DNA of 64,000 bases from Chrysomallon squamiferum (Eukaryota > Animalia > Mollusca): assembly GCA_012295275.1 (NCBI GenBank), contig CM022665.1, positions 10,168,001-10,232,000 on the forward strand. The letters are read 5' to 3'. Position 1 is the first letter of the stretch, and each line of letters begins with the position of its first letter. A program made the translations under genes and the position numbers. This document shows positions 25,380 through 37,600 of this stretch, in pieces. Below the pieces are notes generated by a model. The model had not been told where the DNA came from and ran no database searches. It saw only the letters and a list, made by a program, of their open reading frames with translations.

Positions 25380-25870
25380 GATGTATTGCGGATATGCAGC
25401 TCTGGTGAACCCGTTAAATCGTTGAAAATATTTAAACGTAACGCTCGCGCGCTCTGCTACATAATCCACTTACGCAAATGAATCTATGCCGAGGCAGAAC
25501 GACTATTTACATTTTTTAAAGATAGGAAAAAGTTTGCGCATGATATTGTACCTTAAAGTTACAAAGGGTTGTAGATGTACCTTCCCTTACCTTAACAGTA
25601 AATCCAGTTTTCTAAGTTACAAACACATGGCTAGTTTGATTACAATGACCCGGAAGCGACTAATGCACACTAACAAACTTACGGGATTACGCGAGTTTGT
25701 GACCGTTATCGATAAACCAAATCGTTTCTCGGCAGAATAAACTGTAGTTTCCTTCTCATTATTAAAACTTATATTAAATATTGCGTAGCCATACACAGAC
25801 GCTTACAGTAAATTTATTTGCTAAACGACTTTTTTTTCATTTTTTTTTTTCATATCCGGAATTAATCGCA
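25380..25870 (-). promoter_or_regulatory. Probable housekeeping promoter of RIOX1/NO66
   Basis: Local CpG-rich patch in otherwise CpG-poor DNA. ETS-type CCGGAAG at 25650-25656 and DRE-type palindrome TATCGATA at 25707-25714. A minus-strand donor near 25355 and an acceptor near 25094 imply a non-coding first exon. Confidence 0.55.
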
Positions 25871-27051
25871 CTCCCTTTCTCCGTCATAAATAAATATAAA
25901 TAATATAAATAATAATAAATAAAAGTATAATTCAAAACAACATTATTTATTAGTAATAAATATATCATGAAATCAAGATGATATAAAATAAATTTTCTTC
26001 AAGATAAAGACAATCAAAATTAAAATAATTTAAATATTAAATATCAGAAAATGAAGAATAATATTTATTACAATTATAAATTTAATGTTAAATACTGCAG
26101 AGAAGTTAAAAGAGCTATCATTTTTGTTATGGAATAATTCGAGTTTTTGCCGTTATGGTATAGTTTCTACCAAGAAACGATCTGACAAGATGGCAGTTAT
26201 TTTGTTGCTATTATTATTATTATTATTATTGTTATTATTATTAATAGTAAGTACATTTTTAAATTTTAGCTTTACTTATAACACTACTACTACTACTACT
26301 ACTACTACTACCGTTACTAATTATTATTGAGTTGGTTTTGTTTTGTTGAGGTTGTTGTTGTTGTTATTATTATTATTATTATTATTATTGTTTTTTTTTT
26401 GTTGTTTTTTATGGTAGGATAAGAGCAATATTCCATTTTGATAGGAAAGCCTTAATATAATTGATTTTATAATGAATAAGTTACTATTTCGATTAATTAG
26501 TGTCAGTGAATAGACAAAAAAAATGGTTAGTCTGATATTAATTCCTATAAAGGAATGAAGATAACAAAGAAATGATTTAAAATAATATTTTTATTTTACA
26601 TTTTAGTTATAATGCTTAGTGAAATGACAATAACCAAGATGTGTTAAAAAAAATTGTTTAATTATACTTTTTAATTCTCAACAAAACAACAAAGAACAAA
26701 AGCCACAACAACCCAAAGAAATATTTTGTTTGTGCAATTATCAACGTATTGAAAATTAATTTGGCTGCTTTCCTTCTTTTTAAAATAACTGTTTTCGGAT
26801 AAAGCACGATATCCACATTTTCATAATGTAGCCTCGTTCCCATATATTTTTCAGCAGTTTTGTTTTACAAATTGAAAATAGGTCAAATAAAAAATTAAAG
26901 AGAATTTAGAATAATGAATTCAAAGTTTATTTTGTTTGTAATATTTTTAAAGTAAACATTAAATAATATTTTGGAACTTGAAAACTGTAATTGAATAAAC
27001 AGGACAAGGCTTGTTTATATAGAATTATCGCAGACCCTTAAAAGACAAGTA

Positions 27052-27123
27052 TCCGATGTGGTCTAGTGGTTAGGATTCCTGGCTTTCACCCAGGCGGCCC
27101 GGGTTCAATTCCCGGCATCGGAA
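27052..27123 (+). tRNA. tRNA-Glu (anticodon TTC), intronless
   Basis: 72-nt cloverleaf: acceptor stem TCCGATG/CATCGGA, anticodon arm CCTGG-CT TTC AC-CCAGG (anticodon 27085-27087), T arm CCGGG-TTCAATT-CCCGG, discriminator A. Confidence 0.97.
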
Positions 27124-27127
27124 TTAA

Positions 27128-27132
27128 TTTTT
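27128..27132 (+). terminator. RNA polymerase III oligo-T terminator of tRNA-Glu
   Basis: T5 run starting 5 nt after the discriminator base, followed by a further T tract. Confidence 0.75.
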
Positions 27133-27695
27133 ATATTTTTTACTCCCTTTTTTTCTCTCCAGCATAGCTAAATCTGTTTACACAGTGCATATGATGAAAA
27201 CTTCTAACACTTTCGACTGCACTGAAAGTTTGATACTTTACAATGAATTCGTGCAAAACACAAAATGTGTGCCATACGTATTTATCCAGACTTCTACTTT
27301 TGACACTATATTTTATTTTTCAGAAATCGATTACTGTTGTATTTCCAAATTCAGAACAAAATAAAGCAATTGAAAAATTATTATCTGTAAAATATTTCTT
27401 TACCACATCTCTTCACATTTCTTCTGTTTCCAAAAATCATTCAACTTCTAAAACATGTACTATTATGTATACGAACAATGAGTTTCCTATTTTTATATTT
27501 ACTCCAATTATAATTATTATTATTTTAACTTTTGACATCATAATTTGGGGAGCTATCTGAAACTCAACAAGAATAAACTATTACGTAACTGGATGCCCAG
27601 ATATCCACGATATTCAGAGCTGTGTACTAAAAATTAAGTAAAATCAGTATCAGATAATTCTATAGTAACTGCTAAGTTATTACTTTTTCTTCTTC

Positions 27696-27728
<33 letters not shown>

Positions 27729-29615
27729 GCTTATTTTTAAATATTTTAATTTATTTTGTTTTAATTTATATCATTTTATTTTATTATTTGTTTTCTGTTA
27801 CCTATTAAATAATTAACTGAAAAAATGATAATTTTTTTATTACAGAAATCGACTGAATCAAAGTTTTATTTCGAACCATACTATAGATAATTAATAACAT
27901 TTTATTAAAGTATATATATTATACCGATAATAATAGTAATATGTTAATAATAATAATAATAATAATAATAATTATTATTATTATTATTATTATGATGATG
28001 ATAAAAGTAGTGATATGATAAGAATAATGATGACTGTTTTTTTTCTGAAAAGCTTCCAAACCCTATGAAGCTTGAAGGAAAGCCGTAAGAGTTATCTACT
28101 TGTGCAGTGACGAAAACAAACGTCAGTACAGCAGAGTCAGAATCATGACTATTATGACTATTGTGATCGTGACACTGAATCGAACAGTTAAAATCTGCTG
28201 ACAGGAGGCAAATTTTTGTCACGCAAGTTTATGATCATTTCAAAATCAAGTAAGAGATTTTAGGCAGACACAAGTCGAAGACGTTTGTTAATTCTGAATG
28301 GAAGAAACAGTACTTATGAGTGAGAGGCAGCGAAAATAAAAACGAAAGAATAAAGAACTACCAGACGAAGAAAAAGACTGGATGAAGAATGTGCTTTTTT
28401 GAATAGATTACTACATTTTATTGATATAAATGCTTTGAAAAATAATTGCTTTCTTTGTACATTTCAGTGAACAGTAACAAAGTGGAAGTGAATGGCATAA
28501 AAGAAACTACTGTAGCCTTTTGTATTTTGTTAATTTAGTGATATTTCATAAATTTATTTCTACATTTTGATGCTATCTTTGCTATATCGATAATTTTATA
28601 ATACATGATTATATGATTTACAAAATGTGTTATGGCTATTGTTTTTTAATTTTGCTGTTATTGTTTTCATTCTTGTCATATTTAACATTTAGGATTAGGC
28701 CGCAGTATCCAAATGCCGATTTTACAAGAAATATGTTAAAATAATATTGTAATCAATATTATTTCATCAGTAAAAACAAAACAATGATATAATAAAGCAT
28801 TAACAACATAATTTGGAAAATGGCACAGAAAACGATAAAGTGATTTAAAAATAGAAAAATGGTACGCACATACCTGTTAAATAAAACGAATGAACCATAA
28901 AAAAAGAAAGGTGCCGATTATTTAAGAAAAGTAACGCATATTAATCATTTTTGTATAATCACAATGATAATGATAATATTTATTGTACTAATACTAATGA
29001 CGATGATGATGATAATAATCTAAAAACAATTTTAGGATTGCACTTCTATTTAACACGTTTATTCAGATTTTCTATTCTTTGTCGATTACTTCAAAACACA
29101 CAGCTTTAGAATGATTCAAGAAATTAATTTGATGCCAGTAAACTTTTCTACTGAGCCTGATAAAGTAAACAAAACAATATAATTCATTTGTGTCTTTAAC
29201 TACTGTTGTTCTTGATTATTTCTGTGTTAAGTACTGAAATAATAATAATATTATTTGTAAGAAAGGATCTTTTACTTATCTTTTTCAAATACAAATGGTT
29301 CCACCACCATTGCACACAAGACAATTAGTTCATTATCTGAAACTATTTATGAACAATTCATCTACTAGATTTATTATTAACATTAATTTAACGTATTTTA
29401 TTTAAATCATTAACCTTAAACAACATTGTCTTACTAAACTTGAACATTCTAATAATTAAAACATTTTAATAATTATTTCATATATAAATAAATTGATAAA
29501 AAATAAAATATAATGGGATTATAATTAAATTATAAAAATAGTTATTATTTTTATTTAATGATTAATATAATAATGTAAAATAAATGAATTGTAACTTATT
29601 TTTACATTATGTTTA

Positions 29616-29618
<3 letters not shown>

Positions 29619-29665
<47 letters not shown>
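29619..29665. repeat. (TA)n microsatellite
   Basis: Uninterrupted TA run. Confidence 0.95.
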
Positions 29666-29668
<3 letters not shown>

Positions 29669-30395
29669 ATTCAGTTTTGGAGAAGGTAACAGACAGATGA
29701 CTGGTATCAGTGACCCAAACAGAGAAAAGGAAAGGCACAGTCTTTGTGATTTAGACAGTATAATGAAAAAACATGTCCTCCAAACAACTCCTTCATGCTA
29801 TCAGCCATTTAACCATTTCTTTCCTTTTCATATTTATTCTATTGTATTCGTATATAATTTTGTACTGAATTATGTTGTGGCTGAGCAAATTGTTGTTATG
29901 TTTTTCCCATATGTAAATATATACGTAGACTAACGATTTCAAACTTATATTGGACATGCAAGATAAAGAATCAGTGCCTATTACAGACTGGGAAATCTTA
30001 ATCCTCGTTGTCACGTACTCACGTTAGTATGACTAATATATTATTTCACTGAATTTCCTTGTGTGAAGTGTGTACATTGGACGAAATCAACTATAACAGT
30101 TATAGTGAGCGCAGAGTAAGTGATAAATACTTGACAGTAACATTTAAACTGTAATGTTAATTTCTTTCATATAATATATCACGAAATGATGACAATTAAA
30201 AGTCATCGAGTAGACGAATAATCGATATCCACTGGACAAACCTTCTAAAAAGCACCGCTACCACTGCTACTAATGTTGTTGGCGTTGCACTGCAAAAGTC
30301 ACCTAATCGTTTACATTGAATCATTCAGCAGTTAAAAAACAAAACAACCCTCCACCCCCCCGACAACATACACTTAATAATGGCGTGTAAAAATA

Positions 30396-30729
30396 GATTA
30401 CTGGTAAAACCTTTATTGCCTTCTAAGAAAAACCACCTTTTCTATGGAGTCTAGTTTCATTTTTTCCGTATTTGTGGAAATAACGACTTTCAGTCTGTAT
30501 GACAATTCATCTACTAGATTTACTGCTAAAACCTTTATTGCCTTCTAAGAAAAAACACCTTTTCTACGGAGTCTAGTTTCATTTTTTCCGTATTTGTGGA
30601 AATAACGACTTTCAGTCTATATGACATTCAGGTGCTTAAGAAAAAACACCTTTTCTACGGAGTCTAGTTTCATTTTTTCCGTATTTGTGGAAATAACGAC
30701 TTTCAGTCTGTATGACATTCAGGTGCTTA
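30396..30729. repeat. Near-identical triple tandem repeat (~122/91-bp periods) immediately upstream of ParB-like gene 1
   Basis: TAAGAAAAA.CACCTTTTCTA.GGAGTCTAGTTTCATTTTTTCCGTATTTGTGGAAATAACGACTTTCAGTCT.TATGACA occurs three times, with AGTTTCATTTT at 30453, 30575 and 30666. Confidence 0.9.
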
Positions 30730-30752
30730 ATAATAATTATACAGGTTAGAAG

Positions 30753-31146
30753 ATGTATTCAAATACGATAACGTATCGACCGTCACAATTATTTTATTCA
30801 CAAGACAGTATAAAGCACACATTTAAAGATGGTCAACCTTTAGACGAGTTTTTAAGCGATCTTTTGAAATCACCAACACCACAAGAGCTCCTTCCACCAG
30901 TTAAAGTTATGGTTTATGATGGAAAACCTTTTGTTATCGATGGAAACCGACGTCTTTTCCTTATGAAAAAGCTCGAAAATGCCGGGTTAGTCGGAAGTAT
31001 TAAAGTTGAAATAACGCAGTACAATCCATACTACTTTAATAAGAAACATACAACAAAAAATGAAGGATTGTTCATTAAAATTCGCAGTGATCGTTATCGT
31101 TCTATGGAACAGAAAATCGACAATATTATCAAGCAGCACAAAAGAG
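30753..31146 (+). CDS. ParB/Sulfiredoxin-like domain protein, copy 1, first coding exon
   Basis: 131-codon ORF with YRPSQLFYSQDSI, LPPVKV, FVIDGNRRLF (GxxR(R) signature of the ParB/Srx fold) and KHTTKNEG. About 55% identical to the ORF at 58896. Phase-1 donor AG|GTAATT at 31146/47, the same codon position as in the paralog. Confidence 0.8.
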
Positions 31147-31581
31147 GTAATTAAACTGTTTACTCCCTGTATTTTTTTTATAATTTCAGTGTCATCGCTC
31201 AGGGTGAATAAGTCTGTATATATATATAGTTAAATATGTAATAAACATTTGTATTTTACATTATATATATAATTTCTATTTAGAACTCGTCTATATTGTA
31301 AAAAATTGAAAAATAATATAATTATTATTTTATAATTATATTATATAACACTGTAATGTTATAAACAAATAATAATGTTTTATAACTTCTTTGGATGATA
31401 TTGTAATTTTGAATGAATATTAACATTTTATAAATCCCATGCAGATTGCTGTAATACATGGCTGGTTTAGATCTGCTGTTTATATCTTAATATTACCTAG
31501 TTCTAGAACAGGGATCGGCAACCTTTTGGAGAGAGGAGCCCAGACAGCAATAAAGTGTTTTAGAGATACACACACACACAC

Positions 31582-31665
<84 letters not shown>

Positions 31666-34600
31666 GATATATGTCTCTCTTCAGTTCTGTCTTCAATAAT
31701 GGCACCAAAAATGGATGCTAGGAAGCAAGGCTGAATTGGTCTACAGGTTTAAAGAAAAAACAGTGAAGTTAATGTAATAACTGGTGTCCAAGTGTTCAAT
31801 TGGTTGCCAACCCCTGTTCTACAATATATATATGTGTATCTTCAGTGTCAGTGACTGTATGTATGTATTTATAATATTTATATATATGTCAGAGTGGGTT
31901 TGACTGGTTATATGTCGTATGTATTTATTTATTTTAAAGAAAAATATCAAGACCAGAATTATGAGCGATTGCCACAGTCATCTCGACATAATGCGTCAGA
32001 TGAGGTAAACGTAAGGCTGTATATAACAAAAATAAAATGAATAATAATATTAATAATTAAAGTATACGTGATGTATATAATTGAAAGCAATAACTTAAAA
32101 TACAACAAGTGTGTAATTATCTAGTATTAATACCAATAAAGGTAGACTTTAATAGTTATTATCATGTATGTATTTGTTGCATTTTTAAGCTATTACTTTC
32201 AATTTCTGCCACATGCAGTAGATAAATAGCAACATATCGCAATAAAATATTGCTCTTATAAAGCATTATAGTGCCTCTATTTTCCTTCACATAATAATAT
32301 GATGGAATCAACAGACGTATGTTTCTTGAGGGTTTAAATAAGTATAATAATTGTTAATGACTTTATTTTTAAATTATCAAGATATTTTTTTCTATTTTCC
32401 AACTTTTGTACTGAGACAGTATTTACTAATGGACCAGCGAATAACGATTAATGTAGTTTTCGACGAATAGGTTTTTATTAAAAAATATTAACAATATTAT
32501 AATTTTGTTTCTAATTAAATGATTTCTTTCGTTTCATAGACACCATATTCTGGTTTCATATCTTCCTATTGTGCCCCCCAGCGATACAACGGTGCAGACA
32601 GAGAGTCAAAACTTGAACGAAATTCAACAAACGAAACAAACCAACCGGAGTCGTCAGATTACGGTGGTATGTAAACATAGTTTTATGTTTTTAATAACTT
32701 AAAGAATTTATATTGTATAATATCGTTGCTTTTCTAAACATTACTTTGATTCACGCATGCATTCTCATGTGCTGTGCGGATTTCCTTTATATTATACATA
32801 AAATTTCACAGAGGTTAATAGGAAAAATAACTTGTATACTCTTTCAACAGAATAGGAGAAGTGATATTGTTTAGTTACATAAGAATTTACATTGTATAAT
32901 TGCGTTTAATAGTAGTATACTTTCTCATGTGGTTTGCGGATTTCCTTTAAAGATTAACAGAGCTTAATATAAAACATAACCTGTATACTCTTTCAAGATA
33001 ACAGGAAACGGTTTTTTTCTTCTTTTTTATTATAAGAAAAACTTCCAAAGTAGACAGAATAGACAGAATAGAAAAAATAAATAAGTAAAGAAATAAAGAA
33101 CTACTTTGAAGCTTTAAAATGATCGAACCTCTGCGTTTTTGGAGGTTCCAATTATCGGATGATTAGCGTTCGTAAGATTAGTGAGTAGATTTCACTTAAG
33201 GGACATAACTCTAATCTATGTTTATGAACTCTTATCACTGAAGGAAGATACGTCTAATCGATCTAATATTTAATTGGCTTAGTGAGTACATCTCACGTAA
33301 GGGACCTAACTCTAATCTGTGTTTCTAAAGACATATGACTGAAGGGAGACAAGTCTAATCGATCTAATTTTTAATAGGTTTATTGAGTACATCTCACGTA
33401 AGGAACCTAACTCTAATCTATGTTTATGAGAACATAACACTGAAGGGGGATAGGACTAATCGATATAATTTTTCACTTTGTAATCGAGGTACTATTCCTT
33501 AGTGAGTAGATCTCAAGTAAGGGACCTAACGTGAGCACAGATCACTAAAATTTTAAAACGATCGAAGCTCGGCGAGTTTAGAGTTTCCATTTATCGGATA
33601 ATTAGCGGAAGTAAGCTTAGTGACTACATCTCACGTAAGGGACATAACTCTAATCTATGTTTGTGAATACATATCACTAAAGGGAGATAAGTCTAATCGA
33701 TATAATTTTCACTTTGCTTAGTGAGTAGATCTCACGTAAGGGACGTAACTCTAATCTGTTTGTGAGTACATATCACTAAAATGAGATAAGTCTAATAGAT
33801 ATGATGTTTTCTTTTCTTAGTAGAAACACACAGAAACACAAGAACAGACACACACACGCTCGCACACGGACACACACAATCTTACATATAGTAAAACCTC
33901 TGGTACTTAATTAATATGAAATACAAAATCAAAGAAAATTGAATGAATTAAAAATTACCAAGAAATTTAAAAACAAATAAACTCCAGAATATTAATGAAA
34001 TACAAAAAGAAATAATAAATTCTTGTATTAAAAATCCGATTCTATGAAATGAAACATTAAATTATTTTATTTACTGATTTTTTTATTGTAAATAAGGATT
34101 AGCAAATTAGGCACGATAGAATAAATAAATAAGTAACGAAATAAAAATCCACTTTGAAGCTTTAAAACGATCGAAGCTCGGCGTTTTCAGTTTCCATTTA
34201 TCGGATAATCAGCGTACGTAAGCTTAGTGACTACATCTCACGTAAGGGACATAACTCTAATCTATGTTTGTGAATACATATCACTAAAGGGAGATAAGTC
34301 TAATCGATATAATTTTCACTTTGCTTAGTGAGTAGATCTCACGTAAGGGACGTAACTCTAATCTGTTTGTGAGTACATATCACTAAAATGAGATAAGTCT
34401 AATAGATATGATGTTTTCTTTTCTTAGTAGAAACACACAGAAACACAAGAACAGACACACACACGCTCGCACACGGACACACACAATCTTACATATAGTA
34501 AAACCTCTGGTACTTAATTAATATGAAATACAAAATCAAAGAAAATTGAATGAATTAAAAATTACCAAGAAATTTAAAAACAAATAAACTCCAGAATATT

Positions 34601-37600
34601 AATGAAATACAAAAAGAAATAATAAATTCTTGTATTAAAAATCCGATTCTATGAAATGAAACATTAAATTATTTTATTTACTGATTTTTTTATTGTAAAT
34701 AAGGATTAGCAAATTAGGCACGATAGAATAAATAAATAAGTAACGAAATAAAAATCCACTTTGAAGCTTTAAAACGATCGAAGCTCGGCGTTTTCAGTTT
34801 CCATTTATCGGATAATCAGCGTACGTAAGCTTAGTGACTACATCTCACGTAAGGGACATAACTGTAATCTATGTTTGTTAACACATCTCACTAAAGGGAG
34901 ATAAGTCTAATCGATATAATTTTCACTTTGCTTAGTGAGTAGATCTCACGTAAGGGACGTAACTCTAATCTGTTTGTGAGTACATATCACTAAAACGAGA
35001 TAAGTCTAATCGATATGATTATTTCTTTGCTTAGTAGACACACACAGAAACACACAAACAGAGACATGTACGGACGCACACAATCTTACACATAGTAAAA
35101 CCTCTGGTAGTTAATTCATATACAGCACAAAAACAAATAAAACTCAATGAATTAAAAATTAACAGGAAATTTAAAAACAAATAAACTCCAGAATATTAAT
35201 GGAATACAAAAAGAAATAATAAATTCTGATGTTAAAAATCCGATTCTATGAAATGACAGAATAAATTATTTTATTTACTGATTTTTTTATCGTAAATAAG
35301 GATTAGCAAATTACACACGATAGAATAAATAAATAAGTAAAGAAATAAAAATCCACTTTGAAGCTTTAAAACGATCGAAGCTCGCCGTTTTCAGTTTCCA
35401 TTTATCGGATAATCAGCGTACGTAAGCTTAGTGACTATATCTCACGTAAGGGACATAACTCTAATCTATGTTTGTTAACACATCTCACTAAAGGGAGATA
35501 ACTCTAATCGATATAATTTTCACTTTTCTTAGTGAGTAGATCTCACGTAAGGGACGTAACTCTAATCTGTTTGTGAGCACATATCACTAAAACGAGATAA
35601 GTCTAATCCATATGATTTTTTCCTTGCTTAGTAGATAAACACAGAAACACATAAACACATAAACACATACACACAATCTTACACAGAGTAAAACCTCTGG
35701 TACTTAATTCATATACAATACAAAAAGAAGAAAAACTGAATTAATTAAAAATTACCAGAAAATTTAAAATCAAACAAACTCCCGAAAATTAACGAAATAC
35801 AAAAAGAAATAATAAATTGGGATATTGAAAAACCGATTATATCAAATCAGACAATAAATTATTTTGTTTCCTGATTTTTTTTTTTATTATAAGAAGAATA
35901 AGGAAATTAGACAGGATGGAATAAATCAGTAAATAAACAAATAGAGATCGACATTGAAACTTTAAAACGATCGAATCTCGGCGATTTTAGAGGTTCCATT
36001 TATCGGTTAATTAGCGTACGTAAGCTTAGTGACTACATCTCACGTAAGGCACATAACTCTAATCTATGTTTGTGAACACATATCACTAAAGGGAGATAAG
36101 TCTAATCGACATAATTTTTAATTTGCTTAGTGAGTAGATCTCACGTAAGGGACGTAACTCTAATCTGTTGTGAGCACATATCACGAAAAGGAAATAATTC
36201 TAATCGATGTGATTTTTTCTCTGCTTAGTATAAACACACACACGCACACACACAGACACAATCTTACACACATAAAAACCTCTGGTACTTAATGCGTATA
36301 CAATACAAAAACAAACAAAATTGAATTAAATAAAAATTGGCAGAAAATTTAAAAACAAATAAATTCCAGAATATTAGTAAAATACAAAAAGAAATAATAA
36401 ATTGGGATATTGAAAAACCGATTATGTCAAATCAACCAATAAATTATTTTCTTTACTGACTTTTTTTATTATAACAAGAATAAGGAAATTAGTCGGGATG
36501 TAATAAATCTGTAAGGAAACAAATATAGATCCACATTGAAACTTAAAAACGACCGAAGCTAGGCCTTTTCAGAATTTCCATTTATCAGTTAATCAGCGTA
36601 CGTAAGCTTAGTGACTACATCTCACGTAAGGGACATAACTCTAATCTATGTTTGTGAACACATATCACTAAAGGGAGGTAAGTGTAATCGACATAATTTT
36701 TAATTTGCTTAGTGACTAGATCTCACGTAAGGGACGTAACTCTAATCTGTTTTGAGCACATATCACGAAATGGAAATAATTCTAATCGATGTGATTTTTT
36801 TCTCTGCTTAGTATACACACACACAATCTTACACAAATAAAAACATCTACAATACAAAAAGAAACAAAATTGAATAAATTAAAAATTGGCAGAAAATTTA
36901 AAAACAAATAAATTCCAGAATATTAGTAAAATACAAAAAGAAATAATAAATTGGGATATTGAAAAACCGATTATATCAAATCAACCAATAAATTATTTTT
37001 TTTACTCATTTCTTTTTATTATAACAAGAATAAGGAAATTAGACAGGATGGAATAAATCAGTAAGTAAACAAATAGAGATCGACATTGAAACTTTAAAAC
37101 GATCGAATCTCGGCGATTTTAGAGGTTCCATTTAACTCGAATCTATGTTTGTGAACACATATCATTAAAGGGAGATAAGTCTAATCGACATAATTTTTAA
37201 TTTGCTTAGTCAGTAGATCTCACGTAAGGGACGTAACTCTAATCTGTTGTGAGCACATATCACGAAAAGGAAATAATTCTAGTCGATGTGATTTTTTCTC
37301 TGCTTAGTATAAACACACACACGCACACACTCAGACACAATCTTACACACATAAAAACCTCTGGTACTTAATGCGTTCACAATACAAAAACAAACAAAAT
37401 TGAATTAAATAAAAATTGACAGAAAATTTAAAAACAAATAAATTCCAGAATATTAGTAAAAATCAAAAAGAAATAATAAATTGGGATATTGAAAAACCGA
37501 TTATATCAAATCAGACAATAAATTATTTTGTTTACTCATTTTTTTTATTATAACAAGAATAAGGAAATTAGTCGGGATGTAATAAATCTGTAAGGAAACA

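Noticed and set aside
30753-31154. Bacterial or plasmid contamination, or an intronless 133/150-aa product as in the ORF track
   Set aside because: Both paralogs lose similarity exactly at a shared GT donor, have phase-compatible downstream exons, and are embedded among eukaryotic microsatellites and MITEs.
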